From: the human T2T-CHM13v2.0 reference genome, Homo sapiens
Reading direction: 5' to 3' (one strand)
Length of the DNA: 64,000 nt
Assembly (NCBI RefSeq): GCF_009914755.1
Contig: NC_060942.1
Below are positions 28,057 to 41,821 of the stretch, in pieces. Under the pieces are notes generated by a model, which was not told the DNA's origin, searched no databases, and saw nothing but the letters and a program-made list of their open reading frames with translations. Every line of letters starts with the position of its first letter. The stretch's first letter is position 1. Both the position numbers and the translations under genes were made by a program.

Positions 28057-28572
28057 TGTATTAGTTTCCTCTTGTTGATCTAACAAATAACTACAAATGT
28101 AGTGGCTTAAAACAACACAAATGTATTATCTTACTGTTCTGAGATCCAGAAGTCTGAAGTGGGTCTTACTGTACTAAAATTAGAGTGTTGGCAGGGCTGC
28201 GTTCCTTCTGGAAGCTCTAGAGGAGAGCCCATTTCCTTGCCACTGCTAGCTTCTGGAGGCCACATGCATTTCTCGGTTTGTGGGTCCTGCCTCCATCTTC
28301 GAATCCTCTCTCAACACTTTATGAGAACTCCAATAATTGCATTGGGCCCACCAGGATAACTCAGGTTAATCTCTCCATTTCAAGATCCTTAACCTAATCA
28401 CATCCACAAAGTCCCTTTTGTCAAGATAACATATTCACAAATTTGGGGGGGTTAAGATGTGGACATCTCTGATTATCTTCTATTATCTATCTAGATAGAT
28501 AGATAATCTATTATCTATCTAGATAGATAGATAATCTATTATCTATCTATTCCCATTATCCTGTCTATTTCA
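28057..28572 (-). mobile_element. MLT1 (MLT1D-like) solo LTR inserted in a MIR
   Basis: tgtattagtttcct...gtggcttaaaacaacacaaatgtattatcttac...; 5-bp TSD tcagt/tcagc; MIR sequence resumes at 28573-28730. Confidence 0.85.
28480..28549. repeat. 28-bp tandem repeat x2.5, each unit containing an 18-bp perfect palindrome
   Basis: Unit CTATTATCTATCTAGATAGATAGATAAT; palindrome TATCTATCT|AGATAGATA. Confidence 0.95.
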
Positions 28573-30784
28573 TCAGCCTTCGTTTTCTCTTCTTAAAAAC
28601 AGGGTAATATAGTATGGCCTCTCTCAGAGTTAGGATAAGAAATAAATAAAATAATTCATGTGAAATGCTGAGTACAGAGCCTACTCACAAAGAGGAAGCA
28701 CTTAATAAATGTTTATTATTATTGTTATGACATTCAATGAATGAATCTCAGGGTCTCTTCCGGCTAATAACCCAGGCATTCATGCCTCTGCCTCACCGGG
28801 ACAATGCAGGAGGCCTGGAAGACTGAAAAAGAAGGCGCCTTCCCACCAGCTATTCTTCCTCACTCAAATTCTTGGCAATCACCAAATTAGAGCCATGGCT
28901 CTCTTAAGAAACACATTCTCCCAGTCTTCCCTTAATTTCAGAAAAAATTCTCTTCAATGGAAGGGACATAATTAAAAGCCTTATAATTTATAGGAACAGA
29001 TCCAGAGGCAAGAAATAAGGGCTGCCTCTGTTTCTTCTCTTTCCATTCTGTATTCCTGTCATAGCCAGTCAACGCTGGTCTTGGGGAAAGGAACCGTGGT
29101 GTGCAAAATGCCATTGTTTACTGCTGGAGATCTTGCAGCCATAACTTTTGGCTGCTCATACCCCCGCCTGTTTCTTTTCCATGTGGCCTATTTAGTTTTG
29201 GCATCTATGTTCATTAACCCCATCTACTTGGCTGTGTTTTCATTGTATAACAATCACCAGAGTCCCTACAATGTTGTTTTCTAAGTTGTTTCTAAATATT
29301 GTTGTTTTCTAAGTTGTTTTATATCAGCCTAGGATATCCACCACAGAAAGAATTTAAGTGGAGGAAGGAAAAAATAGAATAATATTACTAAATTTAATAT
29401 TTAGCTATGAATTAATCTCTATTCCACATGTTACTGATAGATAAAACTAGATTGTAAACTTGTTAAATGTAGGTTCTCTTATGTTCTCATTGTAAATGCA
29501 TGTTTATTAAAAATCAAAATAGCTCCTTCTGCAACATAGAATTTTTGATACTTTTTAAAAATATTTTTGGTACAAATAATTTTGCAGAAACATATAGTAG
29601 AATCAGTAGCGAGGAAGGGGATTTAAAAGAAATTTTTAATAGACATACTCTATCATCTTTTCCTATCCTTCTTGTACTGACTTTGGAACCCTGTGCTCTT
29701 AAGTTTTGCTATTGGTCTTAAATCTGTAGATACACAGTGATGGTCATATTGGCATCCTCCCACCCACCCATCTTAGCCCTCATCTGCCGTTGACCCTCTC
29801 ATCTTCCTTATCTCAAAAGACGCTTTCCTCGTGTGGCCTCTGGAGAATATCATCCAGAGCTAGACTCCTCAGAAAGCACACAAGAGCCATTATTATTTCC
29901 TTTTCCCAGCGAATCAAAATTGCCACCTCTTCACTGTGTTTATCTCAAGCAGGTATGAAGAAGAAAGCAACCAAATTAAGTATACTAATTCTGATTTTCC
30001 CAAGGAAATTTGCTTTATTAATGACATAAAATAAACTTCCCATGGTGAAATTTCAAGGTACATCTCAATGACACATAGTAAATGAGAGGTTTCATGTTAA
30101 AGAGAACTTTCTAGTTTCACTAAAAATCACCCCAAATAAATGGCAACCCTCTCCATCCTCACTGATTCATTCAAGAATCTTCATGCCTATGCAAAAGCAG
30201 CTCTGTGTTCTGAGTATACAGTGATATAAAGCACCATGCCACTGTTGGATTCACACATCATGGATATCATGATTGTTAGGAACTCTATTGGTATTTCTTT
30301 TCCCACCATAATTTCCTGGTCTTTCTTGACCAGGAAAAAAATATCATGAGGGTTTCTGTCTACCTTGTTGGTTTTAGTCACATTTCCTATAACACACATA
30401 GAAACGAAGAAGGTGAATAAAGGAACAGAGTTAAGGAAAGGAAAACAAAGAGCAGGGAGGGAAAGTTGGAGCAGAGAATGAGAGAATAAGATGGAAAGAA
30501 GAAGAGAGGTGGAAGAAAATGGGAGGAATGCAGAGGAGATAGGCACTTTCGGCTCACAGGTCTCTTTCCTTGGCAAAAGTGGGCCATTGCACAACCCGTG
30601 AACTCCATCCTGCCCAGCTCCCCTCTGGAATTCACTCACACATGTCTTCAGTTATGCTTTAGCCTATGTCCGTGTGTGTCTGTGTGGGCAGTGCCCCACA
30701 ACCAGTACCCTCGGGAAAAACAGGGCAGTTCCTTTGAGTCTTTTTTCATACAATTGCATTTTGGTTCTCATTAAGAAGCTCAGT

Positions 30785-31000
30785 GGGATTTGTAGTCAGA
30801 CATGTCTAGTCTTAAACCTTACATTGTCCACTTAAGGTACATCTTAGTCTCTGAATCTTGGTTTTCACATTGGTAAAATGAGACTAATAATACCAACCTT
30901 ATGGTGTTCTTACAAGAACACGGTGAGAAGGGGCCTGCATAGTACTCGGAACATAGTAAGCTTTTTAAGATGATAATTGTGTTAAGTAGTGTCGTGGCTA
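30785..31000 (+). mobile_element. MIR
   Basis: cttagtctctgaatcttggttttcacattggtaaaatgagactaataatacc...ggaacatagtaagc. Confidence 0.7.
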
Positions 31001-33206
31001 TTACTGTTATTATTTATTATTATTTCTTCTCCCAGAAGTCTGATTTTTTGTCCTATTGCAGAAAACAATATATTCTCCTGCCTCTCCCCTTCCCAACTCT
31101 CCAAACTCAGCACTAAAAAAAAGAAAATGTTAAAGCATACAAGCCTCCCTAGCCTACATCTAGTTCAATACTGCACTTTCACTCTCTTTTCCCCAATTCT
31201 CCTATGGAAATCAATTTCAGAAGCCCAGATCACAATTAGCCCATGGCCATTAGCAGCCCCAGTAATTTTTCTCAACACATTAGAATTGGGGGAGGATCTA
31301 TTTCTTTCTACTACTCTTTCTAATATCTTCAAAAACAAACAATGGTTTAGAATTCTTTAAGCACCAAGAGTCATGCCAATAATGTCCTAAAACACGTGGG
31401 ATTTTCAGGATGCGAGTTTCTGCCTGACCATGATTATTGGGTTGTGTATCCAGGTATTCTGGTTCCTAGTGCATGAGGAGCGCATCACTGTCTTCTCCCA
31501 CCTTCACTGTTCCACCTTAGCCTTTGCAGGTCGCCAGCAAGCTTCTTGCCCTGTCCCTTGGGCAGTTGCTCTGTAGATGTGTCCACTGTAATTGGCTGCT
31601 GCCATTTCACTAATAGTTGGCACTCCCCATAAAATAAAACTACCTTTGATTCTCACCAAATCCTGACTTTCTTCTTCTAAACCAGCCCATGCAAGAACTG
31701 TAATGCCTTTAGTTGTGTGTGTATATAGACATGAACATTTTGGTGGGGTCCATACCTTCATCAGCTCATTAAAGGGTCTAAAATCTTTAAAATATAGACA
31801 GGGCAGCATCACACCACTTAGCCAGCTAAATACCTCCTTGTCCTGTTGCAGCCTCTTTGTTGGGATGCCAAGTTTAGCTCAGTCACTTGAAAAAATTTTG
31901 GAATTACATTTTTAAAAGTATTCCAAAATATTTTACTTTTATAAATGTTTATGCATATATACAATATACTCCCCACTTTGATAAGAGGAGTTCAAAAATT
32001 CAATTACAAAATTCAAGGTTGTCTTATTGCAAGGTTAATTAAAAAAACAGTCTTCTAATTTGGGGGGGGGACTTTTTAATTATTTGGGGTTTTTTTTCAT
32101 TTATACCTAATCCTGCAGATTATTTGTTTTTATTTATTTAATATGTAGGAAAAAGAAACAGATATATTTTCATGAATAGTAATGTTCTACACTGAATTGA
32201 GACAGTCCCAAATGATCAGAAGGCAGTCATTTCCTAATACCCTTTCCCCAAGACTTAAGGACTTGGCTACCACAGCAGGAGGACAAGAAAGCCTCTCTCT
32301 CCAATGTGAGGCTCAGCCATCATTTCCCTATGACAAAGTGGGCCTATGTGTATAATATTATTGCTAGTGAGAAATACAGATGCACACATGTACACAGTCA
32401 TTCTGCCAAGATACATCGTATTGAATAAAACATGATTCTCTAAAAAAAAATCTGAGGTCCTGGTGCAGTTCTAAAGGCAGCAGTACAGCTGACCCCACCT
32501 ATGATAGTCTCCCCACAGGGACTCTGGAGGTCCTTTTGATCAAGCTCAACCTTTGGCAGGGCTCCCCAGTCCCTCTGAGACACTCTAATAACTTTGAACC
32601 TCACATGCATAACAGAGTCTGAATTTGGATCATCATCCTTCCAAAAAGTTCCTTTCCACCCATGCCAATCTGCTCCCAGCCTGGCTCTGCAGTCTTTCCT
32701 CATAGTAAGGGGGAGGTGTGGTGTGATACCAGCTGCTATTGAGCAGAAGTACCTAGCCTCTTACCAAGCCAAATGTCATCAAATGAAACCAAACGAAACC
32801 AAATGTCCTTAAGCAACTTGTACAGTCTTACCCAGAATAAGAGGTTTCTTCCTGACTTGAAAGAACCACTAAGAGTAGTTCTTTAGAGAATACAAATGGT
32901 CCTGTCATTTTTTAAATGGCATTTTTCTGTTTCTTAAAGTTTGCCTCATTAGATACCCATATCTATATCTATATCTGTATCTATATATATATATATGTTT
33001 ATGTATATTTATATTCCTCTAAAAGAAATAAATATCTTCTCCCTTGGCTCAAAGTAAATTTTAAGGTGGGTCTTAAGTTATAGAAACATACTGCAAAGCA
33101 GCATAAGAATTCCAACCTAATGTTGTACAAGTAAGTTCATGTTCAAACTCAACTAGCATCATATTTCCACTCAACCCGAGCCATGAATCGGATGCACTTA
33201 GGGTGC

Positions 33207-35310
33207 TTTTATTTTTTTTTAATTTTTTATTTCAATAGTTTTGGGGGCTATAGGTGGTTTTTGGTTACATGGATAAGTTTTTTAGTGATGATTTCTGAGG
33301 TTTGGTGCACCCGTCACCTGAGCAGCAAACACTGTACCCAATATGTAGTCATTTATCCCTCACCTCCCTACCATCCTTCTCCTCTGAGTCCCCAAAGTCC
33401 ATTATGTCGTTCTTATGCCTTTGCATCCTCATAGCTTAGCTCCCACTTAGAAGTGTGGATATATGATAATTGGTTTTCCATTCCTAAGTTACTTCACTAA
33501 AAATAATGGCCTCCAGCTCCAGCCATGTTGCTCCAAAATACATTATTTCATTTTTTTATGGCCAAGTAGTATTCCAAGGTGTATATGTATACCACATTTT
33601 CTTTATCCATTCGTTGGTTGATGGACACTTAGGTTGGTTCTTTATCTTTGCAATTGCAAATTGTGCTGCAAATTGTGTCTTTTTCATATAATGACTTCTT
33701 TTCCTTTGGGGATTGCTGGATCAAATGGTAGTTCTACTTTTACTTCTTTAAGGGATCTCCATAGTGTTTTCCATAGTAGTTGTACTAGTTTACATTCCCA
33801 GCAGCAGTGTAAAATTGTTCCCTTTCACCCCATCCACACCAATGTCTATTATTTTTTGACATTTTAATTATGGCCATTCTTGCAGAAGTAAGGTGGTATC
33901 TCATGGTTTTCATTTGCATTTCCCTGATGATTAGTGATTGAGCATTTTTTCATATGTTTGTTGGCCTTTTGTATATCTTCTTTTGAGAATTGTCTATTCA
34001 TGTTCTTTGCCTACTTTTTGATGGGATTAGTTGTTATTTTCTTGCTGATTTGTTTGAGATCCTTGTAGATTCGGGATATTAATCCTTTGTCAGATGCATA
34101 GTTTGAGAAGATTTTTCTCCCACTATATGGGTTTTCTGTTTATTCTGCTGATTATTTCTTTTGCTGTGCAGAAGCTTTCTAGTTTAATTAGGCCTCATTT
34201 ATTTATTTTTGTTCTTGTCACATTTGCTTTTGGGCCTTAATTATAAATTATTTGCCTAGGTTAAAGTCTAGAAGAGTTTTTCCAATGTTATCTTCTAGAA
34301 GTTTTATGGTTTCAGGTCTTAGAGATAAGTCTTTGAGCCATATTGAGTTGATTTCTTAATAAGGTGAGAGATGAGAATCCAGTTTCATTCTTCTACATGT
34401 GGCTTGCCAGTTTTTCCAACACCACTTATTAAATAGAGTGTCCTTTCCCTAATTTATGTTTTGTATGCTTTGTTGAAGATCAGTTTGCTGTAAGTTTTTG
34501 GCTTCATTTCTGAGTTCTCTATTCTGTTCCTGTGGGCTATGCGCTTATTTTTATACCAGTAATATACTGTTTTGGTAATGATAGTCTTGTAGTTTAATTT
34601 GAGGTCGGGTAATGTGATACCTCCATTTGTTCTTTTTGCTTAGTATTGCTTTGGCAATGTGGGCTCTTTTTTGGTTCCATGTGAATTTTAGGATTTATTT
34701 TCTAGTTATGCAAAGAACAATGATGGTATTTTGATGGAAATTGCATTGAATCTGTAGATTTCTTTGGGCACAATGGTCATTTTCACAATATTGATTCTAC
34801 CCATCCATGAGCATGGGGTGTGTTTCTATTTGTTTGTGTCATCTGTGATTTCTTTCAGCAGTGTTTTATAGTTTTCCTTGTAGGTATTTTTTATTTCTTT
34901 GGTTTAGTATATCCATAAGTATTTTATTTTGTTTTATTTTATTTTATTTGCAGCTGTTGTAAGAGGGATTGAGTTCTGGATTTGGTTCTCAGCTTGGTCA
35001 TTGTTGGTGTATATCAATGCTACTGATTTGTGTACATTGATTTTGTATCCTAAGACCTTACTGAATTTATTTATCAGATCTAGGAGCTTTTTGGACTAGT
35101 CTTTAGGGCCTCCTAGGTGTGCAGTCACATCATCAGTGAAGAGCAACAGTTTGGTTTCTTCTTTCCAATTTGTATGCTCTTTATTTGTTTCTCTTGTCTG
35201 ATTGCTCTGGCCAGGACTTCCAGTACTGTGTTGAATAGAAGTGGTGAAAGTGGGCATCCTTTGTTTAGTTTCAGTTCTCAGGGGGAATGCTTTTAACTTT
35301 CCCCCATTCA
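33207..35310 (-). mobile_element. L1PB-type LINE-1, 3' about 2.1 kb
   Basis: Antisense L1PB 3'UTR (atttcaatagttttggggg...ttacatggataagtt) continuing into ORF2; the minus ORF contains [10 protein letters not shown]. Confidence 0.92.
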
Positions 35311-35518
35311 AGAAACTCTTAGTATAAATGCTCAGGTCCAACTCCAGATTCAGTAGGTCCAGGTATTTGCATTTTTGATTAGGTCTCCAGGCTAGCGTGA
35401 GAGGCAGTCATAGCCGAGAACTACTATGCTGGACACTTGATAAGGGAAACCAAATCCCGGATAACCCATCTAGCTGGTCGCTACACTAAAGTAGTGAGCT
35501 CATGCACCTCTCTCCAAA

Positions 35519-35519
35519 A

Positions 35520-35552
<33 letters not shown>
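35519..35552. repeat. (AAT)n microsatellite
   Basis: About 10 units read directly, with one interruption near the end. Confidence 0.95.
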
Positions 35553-37069
35553 GATACCAGTTCCAGGAGTAGAAGATGATATTCAAAGTAAAATACAAAG
35601 TCAGAAACTCATTATAACCTTGTATTTTAGTAACAGCATTTTTGTACTGTCATGGGCTCATCTAGATAAAGGACTAGGAAGTGAAAGCAAATGCAATTAT
35701 AATTTGCCTCAGGAAAGAGCTCTGAATACTTTTTTATTATATTGCCAAAGATTAGGACTAGAATGTAAATCTAAGAAAGTAATATCAAAGGCCTTCCTCA
35801 TTAACAGAAATGGAAACAGGCATTTATATGCCACCAATAAATCAATTAAAGGAGGAAAGGAGCTTGAAATGGCCTTCATTGTGGTTATTAACTTCAGGGA
35901 GTGCAGCAGTTGGGGATTGCTGAACCCAGCATTTTCTTTTCATTCACCTGGAGCAAAATGTAGGAAAATAAAGCATGGTAATGCTGTCATCATATTAAAC
36001 CCAAAGTCTGCTTAAGTGTTTGCTAAAGTGGAGCAAAACAAAGCAGAGCCAGACGTTTCCAAAAACATTGTCCTGCTTTTGTGGATTTTAATCGCGAGAC
36101 TGTGAATCAGTGTGTGACTTGGTGTGTTTCTATGTGTCTGGTTTACATAAATCTGGACACTGGGAATTCTTTTAATCTCCCTGATTATTTCCAGTGTAAC
36201 AATGTCCTAAAATAGGAGGATTCCTTTAAGAAATAATACATAAAGGAACTTCCCAGTGAAGTTTGAGAGAGCTGTGACCCTTCTCCATCCTTCTTTTGGC
36301 CTGTTAATCGCCAAGTCCTATTTACTTTTTTCAGTTTACCAATTTCAGAAAATCTTAATTTGCATTGAACAGTAGCATCTGGAATAAGGTTACTGGTGAA
36401 TGGAATCTATACTAGCTTAGGGATTTAATAATTAACAGAAAAAAGAGAATTCAATATCTTGTCATGCCAGAAAATGCCTTATGGTTTTTAGGCAGCCACT
36501 TTACCTTCTTGAGTCTTAAGTTCCTTAGCTATAACTTGGGAATGTAATATCTTTTTGACTTCCTCACAAAGTTACAGGGAAAAGCATTTTATAATCTTTA
36601 AGAAGTTATACAAATGTAAGGCACCATTAGTTTCAGCTTCTGCCTTTAAAATTTCTTATATATCATGCGTAATAGTAATGTGTATTTATTATGGATGGTG
36701 TTGGATGAAAGGTGTGCCTTGAAGGAAGTAACTTGAGGATGTGACATTTCAATGTGAATTCATTTCACTATGCCAAAATATAGTTCACATTTCTTCTAAC
36801 ACTGTATTCCCTACCTTTGGATTTATTCTTTATTTCTTGCTGGTTCCCAAACTGTTTTACTATTATTTTATCCTTCCCCATACATGGGGGCAAAGAGTTG
36901 GAGCCATCCCTGTCCAGCGGTGCAACCCTCTTTTAATGACCATTCTGAAGAAGGGTGACTTGGTGACTTCACCTCCTACAAATTCATTAATGCCATGGGG
37001 CCAAAAGATTATTTCCTAATATGGGAGAGAAAAAGCTGAGGTCCTCTCATCTGCCATTCTCTGTGTGGT

Positions 37070-37812
37070 CTGGTAGTCACCAAGTCCTATCAAATGTGTC
37101 TTCTAAATCTCTCTTAAATCAATGCTTTAATGCAACACATGAGTCTCACTCCTGAAACACAGAAGTATCCAATTCACTGGACTCTTCCGTTAGTCGTGTG
37201 TTCCCACGCCTACCCTCCTACCTACCCAGTCTTCCTTCCACTCACCATGCTGGAGTTGTTTCCTAAACCTGAATCTCTATACATCAATTTCCTACTTAAA
37301 CCTTGGATGGCATCTAGCGTCGATTGGAAAGCCCTTTATCGTCTAAACATGACAAGGATGGCTTTCCAGATTTGATGCCTGTTAATCTCTGAAGTGTCTC
37401 CACTCACACTTGCACCCAGCAATACTGAGCAACTGCCTGTTCCCAAATGCACCTTACCTATTTTAAAGCTCCCTGCTTTTCTTCACGATTCTATTTGCCC
37501 TTCCTCCACTCTTTTTCATCTGGAAAATTCCCGTTTATCCTTTTAAATTCTGTTTCAGAGTCCCTCTTTATTTGATCCTATTTCAGATCATTCCAGAAAT
37601 AAACTACTACATCTTACAGTACATATTTTCATTATGGTACATATTACTCCAAATTTTAATTATTTGTTAGAAAAATTTGTTTCCCCTTTCAAAGTTGTGA
37701 GCTTCTTGAAGACAAGGATCATGTTGTATTAATCTTTGGGTCTCAAGAAACTACCAGTGTGTTTGACAAAGTATAGCTACTTTATAAATATTGCTTAAGT
37801 AAATGAATGGAT
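37070..37812 (+). mobile_element. L2 3' region
   Basis: gtcaccaagtcctatcaaat...tgtgagcttcttgaagacaaggatcatg...taaatattgcttaagtaaatgaatggatgg. Confidence 0.7.
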
Positions 37813-39164
37813 GGGTTCTTATAAGCGAAAACAACATATGTCCTGTATAATTTGTGGGACTGAGCTTTAGTAAAGGAAACATCTGACAGGGCTCATCACT
37901 TATTTATCACTGTTAGTTCTTTTCACCTTTTTGACATTTATATAATCTTCTTGTAAAATCTAAGGTTGTAAGCATCTTATGTACATGAAGGAGCAACAAA
38001 AACTGACCAAATTGGGCTCATCGGTGAGCCATGTGCCCTGTGGTACACATTAGTGTCATCACAGATGGGTTATTTTCCTCTTCACCTCCTCCATATGACT
38101 TTGGGCAGCTGTTGTTGTACTGAAATTCATGAAAAGCACAGCTCCTTGTCAATTTCCCTCATTTCAGAAATAAAACTGCTCTCTGTAAAAGCACCTGCTC
38201 CTTTCCCTACAGAATGACATGCTCTTCTCTCTTTCGAAGGCAGTGAGAATGTAGTCAGGCATTGTGTGTCTCAGATCCCATTGATGAGAGTTAAATTGGA
38301 AACCAAGGAGCCCACAGTGGTGTTCCCTGCCTGTTGAACTCATGAGCTTACTTTGTCCTAGAGTCCCTCTATTGAATCAGTGTAAAGTGTAATCTAGCAG
38401 GCCTCCCATTTTTACTATTATGACTACGATCAATGAGTAATAGGTGAGTATTCTCAATTTTATCTGACTACACTACTTTCCAGAAAACTCTGGGGATAAA
38501 ATGAGAAGTGTGTTATTTTTCTCTTATATTTATAATTATATTCTGTGCCTTGTATTATTTCATACCACAGAGATTTTTCTATCTCTTCCAAGGTACACAT
38601 TTGACCTGGAAGTGAGAATTAATACCTATTGTGTAACTAATGATGGTTCTTTTACAAGTTAATTAATCAAAAAAAACATGAGGAATAGAACAAAAGTTGA
38701 CATCAGTGTACTTTGCATATTTTTCAACTTCTTCATAAGACTTGATTTTGCTTTAAAATGTATGGTCCTAGATTATAAACAATGTAAATTAGTTTCTGTC
38801 ATTTCAAATAATTAATCTCTGAAACTAGTACAATTTGAATTTCACACTTCTGTAAGTCAGATTTGGGAAATATAATTGAAAGTTCATTTCATGGAAACCA
38901 AACTTAGCTTGTTTTGCTGTTTTCTCTCTTTCCTCTTTTTTTTCTCTTTCATTCATTTATTCAATAAATACTAGCTGGCCATATCATTTGTTGGTTGGAC
39001 TTTGCTGGGCACTGTGAAAAATTAAGATATGTGAGGTTAGTGCTCTCGAAACCTTACAGAGAAACAGACAAAGTGTTAAATAGGAGTAGAGTTGTCACAA
39101 CACCGCAAAACAAGTAGTACAAGCAGCAAGGCCTGCAAGTTCAGATGCCAGGCTTTACCTCTGA

Positions 39165-39526
<362 letters not shown>

Positions 39527-40303
39527 TGTGATTTATTTTTAATCATTCTTTTCATCTCATTCTAACACACAGATCCAGGAACACATCACTTGTTCTATCC
39601 TCTATCTCTCTTACTGCCTCAAGTCTACTTCTGAGCCCTTGAAATAAAAATTGGAAGCTATATTCATACTATTTTGTGAAAGTCAGTATTATCTACCCAC
39701 TTCTTCTGAAATAAAGGAGATGAGGTTATATGAATTAGGAAGGGAGTGTTTTTTTCTAGATCTATATATCAACTTTACCTGCGTATATGAAATCTTATAA
39801 AAAGAAAGTATTTGACCATGTTCAGCAACAAATTGTTACCAAATTGATGAAGCTTCATTAGTAACTCTACTCCTTTCCAATAATTATTTAGGATAGTCCC
39901 TGGTATATTATCTAACCCATTGTTAATATGTGCACACTCTTCCCTTGACTCCATAAACCAAAGCTACTCTACGTCCTTCCCTCCCTTCCTGGCAATGGGC
40001 AAATAGTGCTTCACCCATAAAAGCATCTGGTCAGGCTACTGGACCAATTTGATAAACATCACTTTTACCACCAATTTTTTTTTTTAATTTTACCCTCAGG
40101 TGAGTCATTTTGTACACAGCTCATTACCTTTTGAGCAGTCTTCTGCTGTAGTTTTGTTAAATTTATCCTCAGGAAATCAACCCCTCTCATGGTCACACCT
40201 TTCTTTCCACTTCTATGGCTATAATTACCTCATTGTGTCTTAATTGCTTTTATGCTTCGGTATCTCTGCCACTACAGTATAAGCACCTTGAGGACAAGCA
40301 CTG

Positions 40304-40413
40304 TGGCTTGATCACTGTAGTGCACTCAGAGGACAGCGTGGTCCTGGCTTGATCACTGTGATGCGCTCATAGGACAGTGTGATCCTGGCTTGATCACTGT
40401 GGGGCACTCAAAG
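40304..40413. repeat. 41-bp minisatellite x2.7 within an L2-like end
   Basis: Units start at 40304, 40345 and 40386: TGGCTTGATCACTGT..TGC.CTCA.AGGACAG.GTG.TCC. Confidence 0.92.
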
Positions 40414-40473
40414 TGTAGTAGGGTTCCTGGAGTATGAAAGGCACTCAGTAAAGGCTTGTTTTGTTTCCATTCG

Positions 40474-40615
40474 TTTATTTTTAATTGGCAGATAATTATA
40501 GTGTATATTTATGGGGTACAATGTAATGTGTTGATCCGTGTATACATTGTAGGAAGAGTCAGTCAAGCTAATTAACATATCCATCACCTCACCAACTTAT
40601 TTTTTGTGGTGAACA
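40474..40615 (-). mobile_element. L1MA 3' end fragment
   Basis: tatatttatggggtacaatgtaatg...agtcaagctaattaacatatccatcacctcac. Confidence 0.8.
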
Positions 40616-41821
40616 TGCTGTTTGTTGAGTGAGTGCTCAGAATTGAAAGGCATTGTGTGCTGTGGAGGTGCAGAGGACAGGCACCAAACCCAGGCAGTTG
40701 TAGAAAGTTGGGGAAGATTTCAGAGGAAGATAGACAAACTGAGATTTGAAGGGTGACAGCAAGTTAGCTTGGCATAGGGAGAGGACAATCCTGTCAAAAA
40801 AGAGCATGGACAGAGTCCTAGATTTGAGAAAGAGCAGGGGCCATAGCCATAGGCAAAAAACCATGCAGCTACACCTTTTGTTAACTATGCCTGAGAATCA
40901 AGGCAGAAGTCAGTGTGGTAGACATACGTGTGCATCTATATATGTGCACATGAGAGGAAACTTTGGTTTTTGAAAGTTTAATTAGATGCAATAAAAAGTC
41001 AAATCCGTCAGCCTCTAAAACTCTTGATATTTAGCCCAAAGCCCTCTACATGATTAAACATATCCATTAACTTTCTCATTATTTTCTTTTTCCTCAAGCT
41101 GAAGTTTATTTTTTCTATCACATTTTAATTCTCTGTTTTAACTGTTGGCATTTGAGTAGTATATTTTAAATAGTTCCACTGCAGACAATAGTATGGTTAA
41201 GGAAAGATATTTGAATCTAACCACCTTGCATGAAGTTGTTATATACAGGAACTGTTGCAAGTTCCAAACACTCAACTTAGAAATGAACATTTAGAAAATT
41301 ACCTGTTTATAAATTGAGGTTTTGAGTGTATAAGGGACAACTGGCAACAGGATGAGATGGAAGCCATACTGGTCTTAGAATCCAAACGTCTGCATCCTTC
41401 ATTCACCAAGTCCATCAGACTCTTGGTTTCATCATCTGTTGAATGGGATCCACAATATCTGTTCTCCAGTCATAGGTATTCTTAAAATTGAAAGAGAAAC
41501 TGAATGGGAAACGAGTCACCTAACAGATGGTAGATTGTTGTATTTAGTTATAGCACAAGGTCATTTGCTACAGTAGTTATTTTTATGTTAGACAATAAAA
41601 ATTTTATCCCCCCTCCAACAACTACAACAATAATATATATGGAAAAATATGCGCAGCAATTTAGGTTAGTAAAACTAAAGCTGTACTTTTTAAAACAAAC
41701 AGTTTTAAATAGGTTTTCTATGTGTTTGTGTCACAAGTACAGCAAGTACGTTTACAGAGAAATGGCTTCTTGCCTCAATAGCGTGAGGATAATACACATT
41801 GTAACTATTTTGTCTCATAGA

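Noticed and set aside
35437-36015. 192-aa ORF
   Set aside because: Non-ATG start, poly-Ile from an (AAT)n microsatellite, no recognisable domain.
40304-40413. CRISPR-like repeat-spacer pattern, or REST/RE1 half-site (GGACAGCG)
   Set aside because: The inter-core sequences are homologous to each other, so this is a minisatellite in eukaryotic DNA with no cas genes; the RE1 left half-site does not match.
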